Positions 10,026 through 19,206 of a stretch of DNA of 64,000 nucleotides are shown one piece after another. The DNA is from an uncultured Bacteroidales bacterium (GTDB taxonomy: Bacteria; Bacteroidota; Bacteroidia; Bacteroidales; JAGOPY01). The translations under genes were made by a program, and so were the position numbers. Every line of letters begins with the position of its first letter. The stretch's first letter is position 1. The DNA lies in NCBI GenBank assembly GCA_963787195.1, contig CAWBCI010000042.1, positions 18,990 to 82,989 on the forward strand, written 5' to 3'. The notes under the pieces were generated by a model. That model did no database searches. It saw only the letters and a list, made by a program, of their open reading frames with translations, and had not been told where the DNA came from.

Positions 10026-10098
10026 TATAAAAAGCCTGAAATTCAGTACCTTATTTACAAAGTAAATCAAACAAAAACAGGAACCTGTTCCCCTCCCT

Positions 10099-11175
10099 TT
10101 AAAACCGGTATACCAGTGAGTTAATGTTCATCCCTGCCCCAACTGAAGCCAGTAAAATCAAATCTCCTTTTTCAAGGATATAATCTTCCAGTTTTTTCTT
10201 ACGAACCAGATCGATCAGTGTAGGTACAGTTGCAACTGAGCTGTTCCCCAGCTTATTGATGCTCATGGGCATAATCCCTTCAGGAATATCCTTTAAATTA
10301 TAAAGCCGGAACAGCCTCTTGATAATTTCAAAATCCATCTTCTCATTAGCCTGATGTATGAAGATCCTATTTACTTCGTGTATGTCTGTTCCGGCTTTAT
10401 CAAGACTGATTTTCATTGCCTGCGGAACATAGGTCAGACCGAATTCATAGATCTTCCTGCCAAACATCTTTATATAACGTACTTTAGGATCGGAATCTTC
10501 TAAATAACTTTTTCCTAAATAAAGGTAATAGGCTTCATCCTTAGCATAGGATCCGGAATGGTATGAAAGGATACCTTCTTTCTTTTCCCCTTCACGTCCC
10601 TCCAGTATGCAGGCCCCGGCCCCGTCAGAATAAATCATCGAATCCCGGTCATGCATGTCGATCACACGCGAAAGAGTTTCCGTTCCAATAACCAGGCATT
10701 TTTTTGCCATACCTGACCTGATAAAGGCATCTGCCTGAATCAGTCCCTGTATCCAGCCAGGACAACCAAAAAGTAAGTCGTAGGCGATACATGAAGGGTT
10801 TTCAATTCCCAGGCTATGCTTGATGCGGGCTGCCAGGCTGGGAACTGCATCAGTTTGAATAGTACCCTGGCGGACATCCCCAAAATTGTGTGCAACAATT
10901 ATCTGGTCGATTTCTTCCTTGTTAATTCCCGCATCTTCAATGGCCAAGCGGGCAGCGATCGCTCCAATATCGGAAGAGGTCTGATTATCGGTAACATAAC
11001 GGCGTTCTTCTATGCCAGTGATAGCTTTAAATTTTTCGGCTATTTCTTTATGTGATTGATCGAAGGCGGTTCCGCCTTCATCAAAAAACACGGTTCTGGC
11101 AAAATCTTCATTGGTAACCACTCGACTGGGAATATAACTGCCCGTGCCGCTTATGATGGTGTTCAATTGAGTCAT
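10099..11175 (-). CDS. 3-oxoacyl-ACP synthase III family protein (FabH-like)
   Basis: 358 aa; thiolase-fold Cys/His/Asn elements (LFGCPGW, IHQANEKM, LGNSSVATVP). Confidence 0.8.
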   Translation of the reverse strand: MTQLNTIISGTGSYIPSRVVTNEDFARTVFFDEGGTAFDQSHKEIAEKFKAITGIEERRYVTDNQTSSDIGAIAARLAIEDAGINKEEIDQIIVAHNFGDVRQGTIQTDAVPSLAARIKHSLGIENPSCIAYDLLFGCPGWIQGLIQADAFIRSGMAKKCLVIGTETLSRVIDMHDRDSMIYSDGAGACILEGREGEKKEGILSYHSGSYAKDEAYYLYLGKSYLEDSDPKVRYIKMFGRKIYEFGLTYVPQAMKISLDKAGTDIHEVNRIFIHQANEKMDFEIIKRLFRLYNLKDIPEGIMPMSINKLGNSSVATVPTLIDLVRKKKLEDYILEKGDLILLASVGAGMNINSLVYRF

Positions 11176-11273
11176 TACGGATATAATTTTACTATTGGTT
11201 TTCGATATGCGAAGATAAATATATTTTCATTTTCAGTTATATAGTGCAGGGGCTAATTATAGCAGATAATCGA

Positions 11274-11281
11274 TACCTTTG
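11274..11281 (+). promoter_or_regulatory. Candidate -7 box (TACCTTTG)
   Basis: Matches TAnnTTTG, 52 nt upstream of ATG 11333. Confidence 0.4.
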
Positions 11282-11332
11282 CAGCCGAATGTTTGTAAAC
11301 AATAAACTGCATACGATTGAGTTTTTAAGCAT

Positions 11333-12940
11333 ATGAATAACAGAAGAACAATATACCTGCCTATAGCATTCGCATTAGTGCTGGTACTGGGACTTGTATT
11401 AGGAAACCGGCTTTCCGTCATGACAGCCGGCAAAAAAGCCAATATCTTATTTACTAATCCCGCGAATCAGGACAAAGTAAACCAGGTGATCAATTATATT
11501 GAAAAAGACTATGTGGATTCAATAGGCCAGGATAATCTGGAACAATATGCAATTGATGGAATACTGGATAAGCTGGATCCTCATTCACAATATATCCCTG
11601 CTGAGGAATACAATGAAGTAAATGACCCTTTGATTGGAAATTTTGAAGGCATCGGGATACAATTTCGGATTGAAAGGGATACCATAATGGTGATTCAGAC
11701 CATTACAGGCGGACCTTCTGAAAAGGTAGGGCTGAGGGCAGGCGACCGGATAGTGATGATCGATGACAGTCTGGTAGCGGGAATAGGTATAACAAATGCC
11801 ACCGCCATTAAGAAACTCAAAGGCAAGAGGGGCACCCTGGTGCGGGTTGGGATACATCGCCGGGGTGTTGAGGGACTGGTTGACTTTACTATTTCCAGGG
11901 ATGTAATCCCTACCTACAGTATAGATGTTGCCTATATGGTGAATGATTCCATAGGTTATATCAAACTCAGCAGATTTGCCGCCACCACCTACGATGAATT
12001 TGTGCATGCCACCAGAAAACTTGAAGAACAGGGAATGAAAAGACTGATCCTTGACCTGAGGGGAAATTATGGGGGATATCTTCAGGCAGCAATAAGTATA
12101 TGCGATGAATTCCTTGGGGATCACAAACTGATAGTCTATACCGAAGGCTTCAACCGGCCCAACAGCTATGCCTATGCTACTTCAAAAGGACTCTTTGAGA
12201 ACAACCCGCTGGTGATCCTGATCGATGAATCCTCAGCTTCTGCGAGTGAGATTGTGGCTGGCGCTATACAGGATAATGACCGGGGTCTCATCATAGGACG
12301 GCGCTCCTTCGGCAAAGGACTGGTTCAGGAACAACTTAATTTCCCTGATGGCTCGGCTGTGAGGATGACCGTTGCCCGTTACCACACACCCACAGGCAGG
12401 AATATTCAAAGACCATATGATAAGGGGACAAAACAATATTATGAAGAACTCTATGACCGCTATACCAGCGGGGAAATGGAAAATCCCGATAGCATACCTA
12501 TTAACGACTCTCTTAAATATACCACTCCGGGGGGAAAGATTGTATATGGCGGCGGAGGCATAACCCCCGACATATATGTACCTCTGAAAGCAGATGAATC
12601 CGAAAAGTATTACAACAAGTTGATTCATAAAAATGTAATCTTTCAGTTCGCATTTGATTATACTGACCAGGAAAGATCAAAGCTTGCACAATATGACACG
12701 GTTGACAAGTTTGAAAAGGAATTCAAAATCAGCCCGGAAATGTTCGACAATCTTGTGAAATATGCGAAACAGCAGGGAGTGGCAGGAACAGCCAAAGAAA
12801 TCTCTGATTCCACACCCAAGATCCGGATTTTGTTGAAAGCATTTATCGGAAGAAATATACTGGATGATGCTGGATTTTATCCTATTTATCATAAAGTAGA
12901 TAAGGCATTCAATGTTGCAGTCAAGGAATTGGAAAAATGA
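11333..12940 (+). CDS. S41 family C-terminal processing peptidase with PDZ domain
   Basis: 535 aa; N-terminal TM anchor, PDZ region, catalytic Ser/Lys context (DESSASASEI, GRRSFGKGLVQ). Confidence 0.85.
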   Translation: MNNRRTIYLPIAFALVLVLGLVLGNRLSVMTAGKKANILFTNPANQDKVNQVINYIEKDYVDSIGQDNLEQYAIDGILDKLDPHSQYIPAEEYNEVNDPLIGNFEGIGIQFRIERDTIMVIQTITGGPSEKVGLRAGDRIVMIDDSLVAGIGITNATAIKKLKGKRGTLVRVGIHRRGVEGLVDFTISRDVIPTYSIDVAYMVNDSIGYIKLSRFAATTYDEFVHATRKLEEQGMKRLILDLRGNYGGYLQAAISICDEFLGDHKLIVYTEGFNRPNSYAYATSKGLFENNPLVILIDESSASASEIVAGAIQDNDRGLIIGRRSFGKGLVQEQLNFPDGSAVRMTVARYHTPTGRNIQRPYDKGTKQYYEELYDRYTSGEMENPDSIPINDSLKYTTPGGKIVYGGGGITPDIYVPLKADESEKYYNKLIHKNVIFQFAFDYTDQERSKLAQYDTVDKFEKEFKISPEMFDNLVKYAKQQGVAGTAKEISDSTPKIRILLKAFIGRNILDDAGFYPIYHKVDKAFNVAVKELEK

Positions 12941-13108
12941 TACCAGAGCTTTTTAGCAGGATTGTTTCGGGAATATTCAATTGCAGATTTTAAGATAATT
13001 CATTGCCTGATGAAATCGATTTGACCGGACTTTGAAAAAAATTAGAGGAATTAACATTTTTTAAGGTCTTTCCCAATTATTCCAATTGTTTTCGCAGCTG
13101 CTTATTCG

Positions 13109-13116
13109 TAATTTTG
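13109..13116 (+). promoter_or_regulatory. Candidate -7 box (TAATTTTG) for superoxide dismutase
   Basis: Matches TAnnTTTG, 43 nt upstream of ATG 13159. Confidence 0.45.
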
Positions 13117-13158
13117 GTTTGACAGAAAGATTTATAATCAAACCAAAAAAAAATCATT

Positions 13159-13734
13159 ATGCCTTTCGAATTACCCGTTTTAGCTTTTGAATTGGATGCT
13201 CTTGAACCATTCATTTCGAAAAAGACCCTGGAATTTCATTATGGAAAACATCACCAGGGCTATATCAATAATCTGAATAAACTTGTGCCCGGAACAGAAT
13301 TTGAAAATGCCAGTCTGGAGGATATTATTAAAAAAGCCAGTGGTGGTATTTATAACAACGGGGCCCAGGTATGGAACCATACATTCTACTGGAACTGCCT
13401 GAAACCAGGCGGGTCACAGGGGCCGTCCGGGAGATTGTTGCATGCCATTGAAAGGGATTTCGGCTCCTTTGACGAATTCAAGGTAAAATTTACTGCCGCG
13501 GCAACAGGCCTTTTCGGTTCAGGCTGGGCCTGGCTGGCCGCAAACATATCCGGCAAGCTCTTTATTGTTCAGGAAAGCAATGCAGGGAATCCCATGAAAA
13601 ATGAAATGATCCCCCTGCTCACCTGCGATGTGTGGGAACATGCCTATTATCTGGACAAGCAGAACCGTCGCCCTGATTATGTAGCGGATTTCTGGAAACT
13701 AGTAGACTGGGATGCGGTTGCCGGAAGACTTTAA
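13159..13734 (+). CDS. Fe/Mn superoxide dismutase
   Basis: 191 aa; FHYGKHH and DVWEHAYYL metal-ligand motifs. Confidence 0.9.
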   Translation: MPFELPVLAFELDALEPFISKKTLEFHYGKHHQGYINNLNKLVPGTEFENASLEDIIKKASGGIYNNGAQVWNHTFYWNCLKPGGSQGPSGRLLHAIERDFGSFDEFKVKFTAAATGLFGSGWAWLAANISGKLFIVQESNAGNPMKNEMIPLLTCDVWEHAYYLDKQNRRPDYVADFWKLVDWDAVAGRL

Positions 13735-13744
13735 AAAGGCAATT

Positions 13745-15583
13745 TTATTCCACAGTTACTGATTTGGCCAGATTTCTTGGCTGATCGACATTACAGCCTC
13801 TCAAAACGGCCATGTGATAAGATAATAATTGAAGAGGAATGGTTGCCAGCAATGGCACCAGGAGTTCTTCCGTTTCAGGGATTTCAATTACATAGTCGGC
13901 CAGCTCCCTGACCAGCTTATCGTGTTCGGTAACTATGGCAATGATGATCCCTTTCCTGGCTTTAACTTCCTGTATATTGCTCAGCACTTTTTCGTAAGTT
14001 CCTTTATTGGTAGCGATAAAGACAACCGGCATATGTGCATCGATCAATGCAATGGGGCCATGCTTCATCTCAGCAGCCGGATAACCTTCTGCATGTATAT
14101 AGGATATTTCTTTAAGCTTTAATGCCCCTTCAAGTGCTACCGGGAAATTATACCCGCGTCCCAGGTACAGGAAATTCCTGGAATCCTTAAATTTCCATGC
14201 GAGTTCTTTAACCAAATTATCGACCTTCAGGGTTTTTTCGGCTTTTTCAGGTATCAGATCAAGTTCATGGATAAGAAGGTTGAATTTCGACCTGGAGATA
14301 GTCCCTTTTTTCTGTGCAATCGACAGGGCCAGCATTATAAGTACAGTAACCTGAGCAGTGAATGCCTTGGTGGAAGCAACCCCGATCTCAGGACCTGCAT
14401 GGGTATAAGATCCTGCATGGGTAGCCCTGGCAATAGAGGAGCCGACAACATTGCAAATTCCGAGGATAGTTGCACCTTTTGACCTGGCCAGTTCGATGGC
14501 TGCAAGGGTGTCAGCAGTTTCCCCTGACTGGGAGATAGCGATCACTATATCATCCTCATTGATAACCGGATTCCGGTAGCGAAATTCAGAAGCATATTCC
14601 ACTTCGACCGCAACGCGGGCTAATTCCTCCAGGACATATTCTCCTACAAGACCTGCATGCCAGGAAGTACCACAACCAATTATGATTATGCGCCGGGCAT
14701 TCATAAGTTTCTGCTCATAGTCGACTATACCACCAAGTGAAACAATCCCTTCATTGAGTCTCAGCCTTCCACGCATACTGTCGCGGATAGAACGCGGCTG
14801 CTCGAAGATCTCCTTCAGCATGAAATGATCATAACCACCTTTTTCAAGGGCACTGAGGTTCATTTCCAGCTTCTCAATATAAGGCGTCTTGTCTTTATTT
14901 TTTATAGTCTTGATCTTAAGGTCTTTTCCCCGTTCAACAATAGCCAGTTCTTCGTCATTCAGGTAAACGACATCCTTGGTATATTCCACTATCGGGGTAG
15001 CATCCGATGCTATAAAGAATTCATCCTTACCAATTCCAACCACCAGGGGAGAGCTCTTACGGGCTGCGATGAGCATGTCGGGATGATTCTTTGAGATAAC
15101 AACGATCGCATAAGCCCCGATTACCTGGTTGAGGGCTATTCTTACAGCTTCAACCAGGTCGACATTCTCGTTTAATTGAATATCCTCAATGAGATGGATA
15201 AGGGTTTCGGTATCTGTGTTGCTTTCAAATTGATATCCCCTGTGGATGAGCTCTTCCTTTAAGGTCAGGTAATTTTCAATGATTCCATTATGGATGATGG
15301 CAAGGTTTTTAGACTGGGAATAATGAGGATGTGCATTGACATCATTGGGTTCCCCGTGAGTTGCCCAACGTGTATGGGCTATTCCGACTGTGCCATGAAG
15401 ATCCTTGCCTCTGAGAAAATTAGCAAGTTCCGCAACTTTGCCTTTAGTTTTATAAACCTTCAGTTCGTCGTTCAGGATGGCAATGCCTGCACTGTCGTAA
15501 CCACGATATTCGAGCCGGTATAGGCCTTTGATTAAAATTGGGAAAGCCTCTTTTTCCCCAAGGTAAGCTACAATTCCACACAT
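13745..15583 (-). CDS. glmS: Glutamine--fructose-6-phosphate aminotransferase (isomerizing)
   Basis: 612 aa; N-terminal MCGIVAY Ntn-amidotransferase start, two SIS domains, C-terminal ..AKSVTVE. Confidence 0.95.
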   Translation of the reverse strand: MCGIVAYLGEKEAFPILIKGLYRLEYRGYDSAGIAILNDELKVYKTKGKVAELANFLRGKDLHGTVGIAHTRWATHGEPNDVNAHPHYSQSKNLAIIHNGIIENYLTLKEELIHRGYQFESNTDTETLIHLIEDIQLNENVDLVEAVRIALNQVIGAYAIVVISKNHPDMLIAARKSSPLVVGIGKDEFFIASDATPIVEYTKDVVYLNDEELAIVERGKDLKIKTIKNKDKTPYIEKLEMNLSALEKGGYDHFMLKEIFEQPRSIRDSMRGRLRLNEGIVSLGGIVDYEQKLMNARRIIIIGCGTSWHAGLVGEYVLEELARVAVEVEYASEFRYRNPVINEDDIVIAISQSGETADTLAAIELARSKGATILGICNVVGSSIARATHAGSYTHAGPEIGVASTKAFTAQVTVLIMLALSIAQKKGTISRSKFNLLIHELDLIPEKAEKTLKVDNLVKELAWKFKDSRNFLYLGRGYNFPVALEGALKLKEISYIHAEGYPAAEMKHGPIALIDAHMPVVFIATNKGTYEKVLSNIQEVKARKGIIIAIVTEHDKLVRELADYVIEIPETEELLVPLLATIPLQLLSYHMAVLRGCNVDQPRNLAKSVTVE

Positions 15584-15610
15584 CTTATTTTGAATCAGAA
15601 ATTATTAGGG

Positions 15611-15618
15611 CAAAAATA
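15611..15618 (-). promoter_or_regulatory. Candidate -7 box (TATTTTTG) for glmS
   Basis: Reverse complement matches TAnnTTTG, 28 nt upstream of ATG 15583. Confidence 0.45.
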
Positions 15619-15684
15619 TACTAAAATGGAGGCAATTATAATTTTTAGGCTCATTTATTTTAGATGACAAATCCATCCTGTGAA

Positions 15685-17004
15685 TTATTGGACCTTGGTG
15701 TATGTAATGATCAGCTTAATTCTGTCATCTGGTTTAAGGACGGGATCCGTTCCGTAAATAACGGCTCTATCTGCATTGACAGCCCCTCCTGAAGAATAGA
15801 GCTCAAATCCGTAATCAGGTGTCTCGTTTTTCAACAGGGCTTGTATCGAGTTGGTAATCCGGAACCAGTATTCATTATTAAGGGAATCATAATATCCCCC
15901 GAAATAAGTGACGCCTGTAAGCTGATCGCTCAGAATGGAATAACTGCCAGCACTATCAGCTTTAACAAGTGCCAGGGAAGAGGAAGGTCGGAAGTTTGGA
16001 TTTTCATCTCCTAATTTGAACACGATTTTAGCTTCATTAACTGCAAAGGTGTCAATATTATTAAAATCTTTTAAATAAGGGAATCTCAGAAAAGTTTTTA
16101 CCCCTCCCATGGATTGCATATAGCAGGTGTTTTTCCCGAGGCTGGTGTCACCATTCAGGACCTGTGCCTTAAATGCAGGGTCAGCAAGCGTGTAATCATG
16201 AGTAAAATTCTCAAAACGGGCACAGGAGCTGCTGATACTAAAATCAAATTTTATGGAGTCCTTTTCGTCATTATGATAGTATAAACTCATGCCTGAAAGT
16301 GAGGAGACCAGGTCCAGGTAAATTATCCTGCCGGTAGGGTCACTTGTTTCGGCGGTAATATAAAGGCCATAAAAATATTTAAGAAAATCGTCATTGGTAT
16401 TCAGATCTGCGGCGGACGCAGCCAGTAATTTATCTACCAGTTCGGGCGATAAGGAACTGAGGTTTATCCGGAGCAAGGGTGGAACTTTCTTGCCGTCTAT
16501 AGTTAGCGAATCAACCAGATCGGGTTTGACGGAATAATCGGCCAGGAGCGTTGATTTGACAGGGACGGTACTGAAGGAGTAATAGGGAGTGGTATAACCG
16601 ATTGTGTCATCCATCTCATAGACCTTGATCCGCAGGTAAGCTGTGGAATCACCATAGGAACCTGCATATAGCAGTGAAAGCATCAGGGAGTCGGACACCG
16701 GGTTTGTTCCCCAGTCAAATGCGGTTTGGGTAAGTTTTAATTGTGTATAAATGCTTGCCGTTGTTTTGCCAAAAATTGGGTCATTTATCGCACCCCAGAG
16801 GCTCAGTGTTGTTCCATTCGTTCTAACTGTATCCACCAGTTTGGAATAGGCTGTAATGGAAACGGTGTCCACCCGGTTAAGCTCCAGTTTGTCGGAAGGT
16901 GGCTGGACATTCAAGCCGAGATTGGAATTTTCTTTTTTACAGCCGGTCAGTGCAATAATTGCCAGCAAAAAAATGAGGAAGGATAAAGAAAAATAATTTT
17001 TCAC
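15685..17004 (-). CDS. DUF4270-like lipoprotein
   Basis: 439 aa; lipobox (IIALTGC). It sits next to the short glycogen synthase gene, as is typical in Bacteroidota. Confidence 0.55.
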   Translation of the reverse strand: MKNYFSLSFLIFLLAIIALTGCKKENSNLGLNVQPPSDKLELNRVDTVSITAYSKLVDTVRTNGTTLSLWGAINDPIFGKTTASIYTQLKLTQTAFDWGTNPVSDSLMLSLLYAGSYGDSTAYLRIKVYEMDDTIGYTTPYYSFSTVPVKSTLLADYSVKPDLVDSLTIDGKKVPPLLRINLSSLSPELVDKLLAASAADLNTNDDFLKYFYGLYITAETSDPTGRIIYLDLVSSLSGMSLYYHNDEKDSIKFDFSISSSCARFENFTHDYTLADPAFKAQVLNGDTSLGKNTCYMQSMGGVKTFLRFPYLKDFNNIDTFAVNEAKIVFKLGDENPNFRPSSSLALVKADSAGSYSILSDQLTGVTYFGGYYDSLNNEYWFRITNSIQALLKNETPDYGFELYSSGGAVNADRAVIYGTDPVLKPDDRIKLIITYTKVQ

Positions 17005-17056
17005 TAATTCAAGCTTAAATGAATTGAAAAATAGTAGTTAAGATGAGCGTAGATTA

Positions 17057-17881
17057 TCAGCTGGTTACGATTTCTTCTGTCAGAATTTTATCATAAAATT
17101 CTGAGTAGGCATCGATTAGTTTCTCAGTTTCCTGGTTTTCCAAAACTGGCTTACCCGATTTATTCAGATAATCTAATACCTCGGGATTGATATTTTCGCT
17201 GCCGAATATAAGTGCATCGCTGTAATCAATAGCTGCTTTCATCAGATTAACGTAATTCGGCTTCTTGTAGTGTGCAATGTCCTTATTATTGATACCGTCA
17301 TATTTAAGTTTTTTGATGAAATCGGCACTCATTTCCTCATTAAAAGCATCATCATAAAGTGAACAAATGACCCTTGACTCAGTAAAGAGCGGATTATCAC
17401 GGTAAGATTTTTTCAGGTAAAGTGGTAAAAGGCTTGAAAACCAACCATGACAGTGAACTATATCAGGCTTCCATCCCAGTTTTTTCACTGTTTCAAGAAC
17501 GCCACGGGAGAAAAAAATTGCCCTTTCATCATTATCTTCAAAGAATTTTCCGTTTTTATCCCTGACAATAAACTTACGGTGAAAATAGTCTTCATTATCG
17601 ATGAAATATATCTGCATCCTGGCTTGTTGAATAGATGCAACTTTTATGATCAGCGGGTGATCTGTATCATCGATAATCAGGTTCATGCCTGATAACCTGA
17701 TAACTTCGTGGAGCTGGTTTCTTCTTTCATTGATGTTTCCGTAACGGGGCATGAATGTCCTGATTTCTTTTCCTCTTTCCTGAATGCCCTGCGGAAGGTG
17801 TCGGCCAATGTATGATAAGTGTGATTCTTCCAGATATGGTGTGATTTCCTGAGTTACGAAGAGAACCCTCTTTTTTTCCAT
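17057..17881 (-). CDS. Glycogen/starch synthase (short Bacteroidota type)
   Basis: 274 aa; starch-synthase catalytic-domain N-terminus (VLFVTQEITPY..., DIVHCHGWFSSLLP). Confidence 0.75.
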   Translation of the reverse strand: MEKKRVLFVTQEITPYLEESHLSYIGRHLPQGIQERGKEIRTFMPRYGNINERRNQLHEVIRLSGMNLIIDDTDHPLIIKVASIQQARMQIYFIDNEDYFHRKFIVRDKNGKFFEDNDERAIFFSRGVLETVKKLGWKPDIVHCHGWFSSLLPLYLKKSYRDNPLFTESRVICSLYDDAFNEEMSADFIKKLKYDGINNKDIAHYKKPNYVNLMKAAIDYSDALIFGSENINPEVLDYLNKSGKPVLENQETEKLIDAYSEFYDKILTEEIVTS

Positions 17882-17981
17882 AGTTAAATACTTAGATTTT
17901 ATTCAAGATTTGCAAAGGTAGTAAAAATTAAGGTATTATACAATTTGTCAAGGTATGAGAAGATGGAAAGACAGTTAACTA

Positions 17982-18638
17982 TCAGTCTTTATTTATGTTT
18001 AATTCTGATTTTTCATTCATTTTAGTTTCCGGTGAAGAAGCATTTTTTCCAAAAAAACCACGTTGAAATAAAATCAGGGATAAGACCCCGATGGTAATGG
18101 ATGAATCGGCGATATTGAATACGGGCCGGAAGAATATCATATGGTCCCCACCCCAGAAAGGCACCCAGGCAGGGAGAGTGGTATTAACAATGGGAAAATA
18201 AAGCATATCTACCACTTTTCCATGCAGGAATGCACCATAACCTCCTCCCGGGGGAAAGAGAGCAGCAATATTATGGTAAGTACTGTCACTGAATATCATT
18301 CCGTAAAAAGCACTGTCGATAATATTTCCAAGGGCGCCTGCCATGATCAGTGCGAAGCTGAAAATGAGGCCGGGACTTGCGTTTTTTTTGTTTATGGTGT
18401 GAATGTAATATGCAATGCCTATGACTGCAATAATCCTGAAGAGACTCAGAATTAATTTTCCGGAGGTTCCCCCGAATTTAAATCCGAAAGCCATTCCTTC
18501 GTTTTCAGTAAAATGAAGGATAAACCAGTTTCCCAGGACATGGATCTCTTCACCGATGGTCATGTGGGTCTTAACCCAGATTTTTAATGTCTGGTCGATA
18601 AGTAAAACAACGAAGGTAATTAAGATTGCTTTTTTCAA
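17982..18638 (-). CDS. lspA: Lipoprotein signal peptidase II
   Basis: 218 aa; four TM segments and LspA motifs (GALGNIIDS, FNIADSSITIG). Confidence 0.85.
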   Translation of the reverse strand: MKKAILITFVVLLIDQTLKIWVKTHMTIGEEIHVLGNWFILHFTENEGMAFGFKFGGTSGKLILSLFRIIAVIGIAYYIHTINKKNASPGLIFSFALIMAGALGNIIDSAFYGMIFSDSTYHNIAALFPPGGGYGAFLHGKVVDMLYFPIVNTTLPAWVPFWGGDHMIFFRPVFNIADSSITIGVLSLILFQRGFFGKNASSPETKMNEKSELNINKD

Positions 18639-18747
18639 TTGAATGAAAATGTTTTTTTGGAGAGAATGAATGAATTAAAAAACCTGCTGAATTTTAAACG
18701 AAATATCGATAAGATCCAGCAGGTTATGTATTTAATTTATTAATGAT

Positions 18748-19206
18748 TTATTTTTGTTGAAGTTTAGCTTCTATGCTGAGCGTAGCATGAGGCACACTTT
18801 TAAGTCTTTCCTTGGATATCAGTTTTCCGGTCACACGGCATATCCCGTAAGACTTATTTTCAATCCTCAACAATGCGGCCTCAAGACTGTTGATAAACTT
18901 CTGCTGTCTGGAAGCCAGACGGCTATTTTCTTCTTTTGATAAAACCTGGTATCCTTCTTCCAATACTTTGAATGTTGGGGAAGTATCGTCGGTGCCATGT
19001 TCGTCATCATTAGTGAAGGCTTCCGTCAACATCCTCAGGTCTTCATTGGCTTTATCAAGTTTCTGAACAATTATTTCTTTGAATTCCTGCAATTCTTCAT
19101 CTGAGTAACGGCTCTTTTCCTTAATCTCAGTTGTCTCTTTAATTGCTTTTGTCATAGCTTCGTAGTATGTAAATTTAAAACTAATTGGTTTATTGGACTT
19201 AGTCAA
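18748..19206 (-). CDS. DksA/TraR family C4-type zinc-finger protein
   Basis: C-terminal YGICRVTGKLISKERLKSVPHATLSIEAK, typical of Bacteroidota TraR/DksA proteins. The start may be the internal ATG at 19155, because the long form overlaps the ileS stop by 8 nt. Confidence 0.75.
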   Translation of the reverse strand: MTKSNKPISFKFTYYEAMTKAIKETTEIKEKSRYSDEELQEFKEIIVQKLDKANEDLRMLTEAFTNDDEHGTDDTSPTFKVLEEGYQVLSKEENSRLASRQQKFINSLEAALLRIENKSYGICRVTGKLISKERLKSVPHATLSIEAKLQQK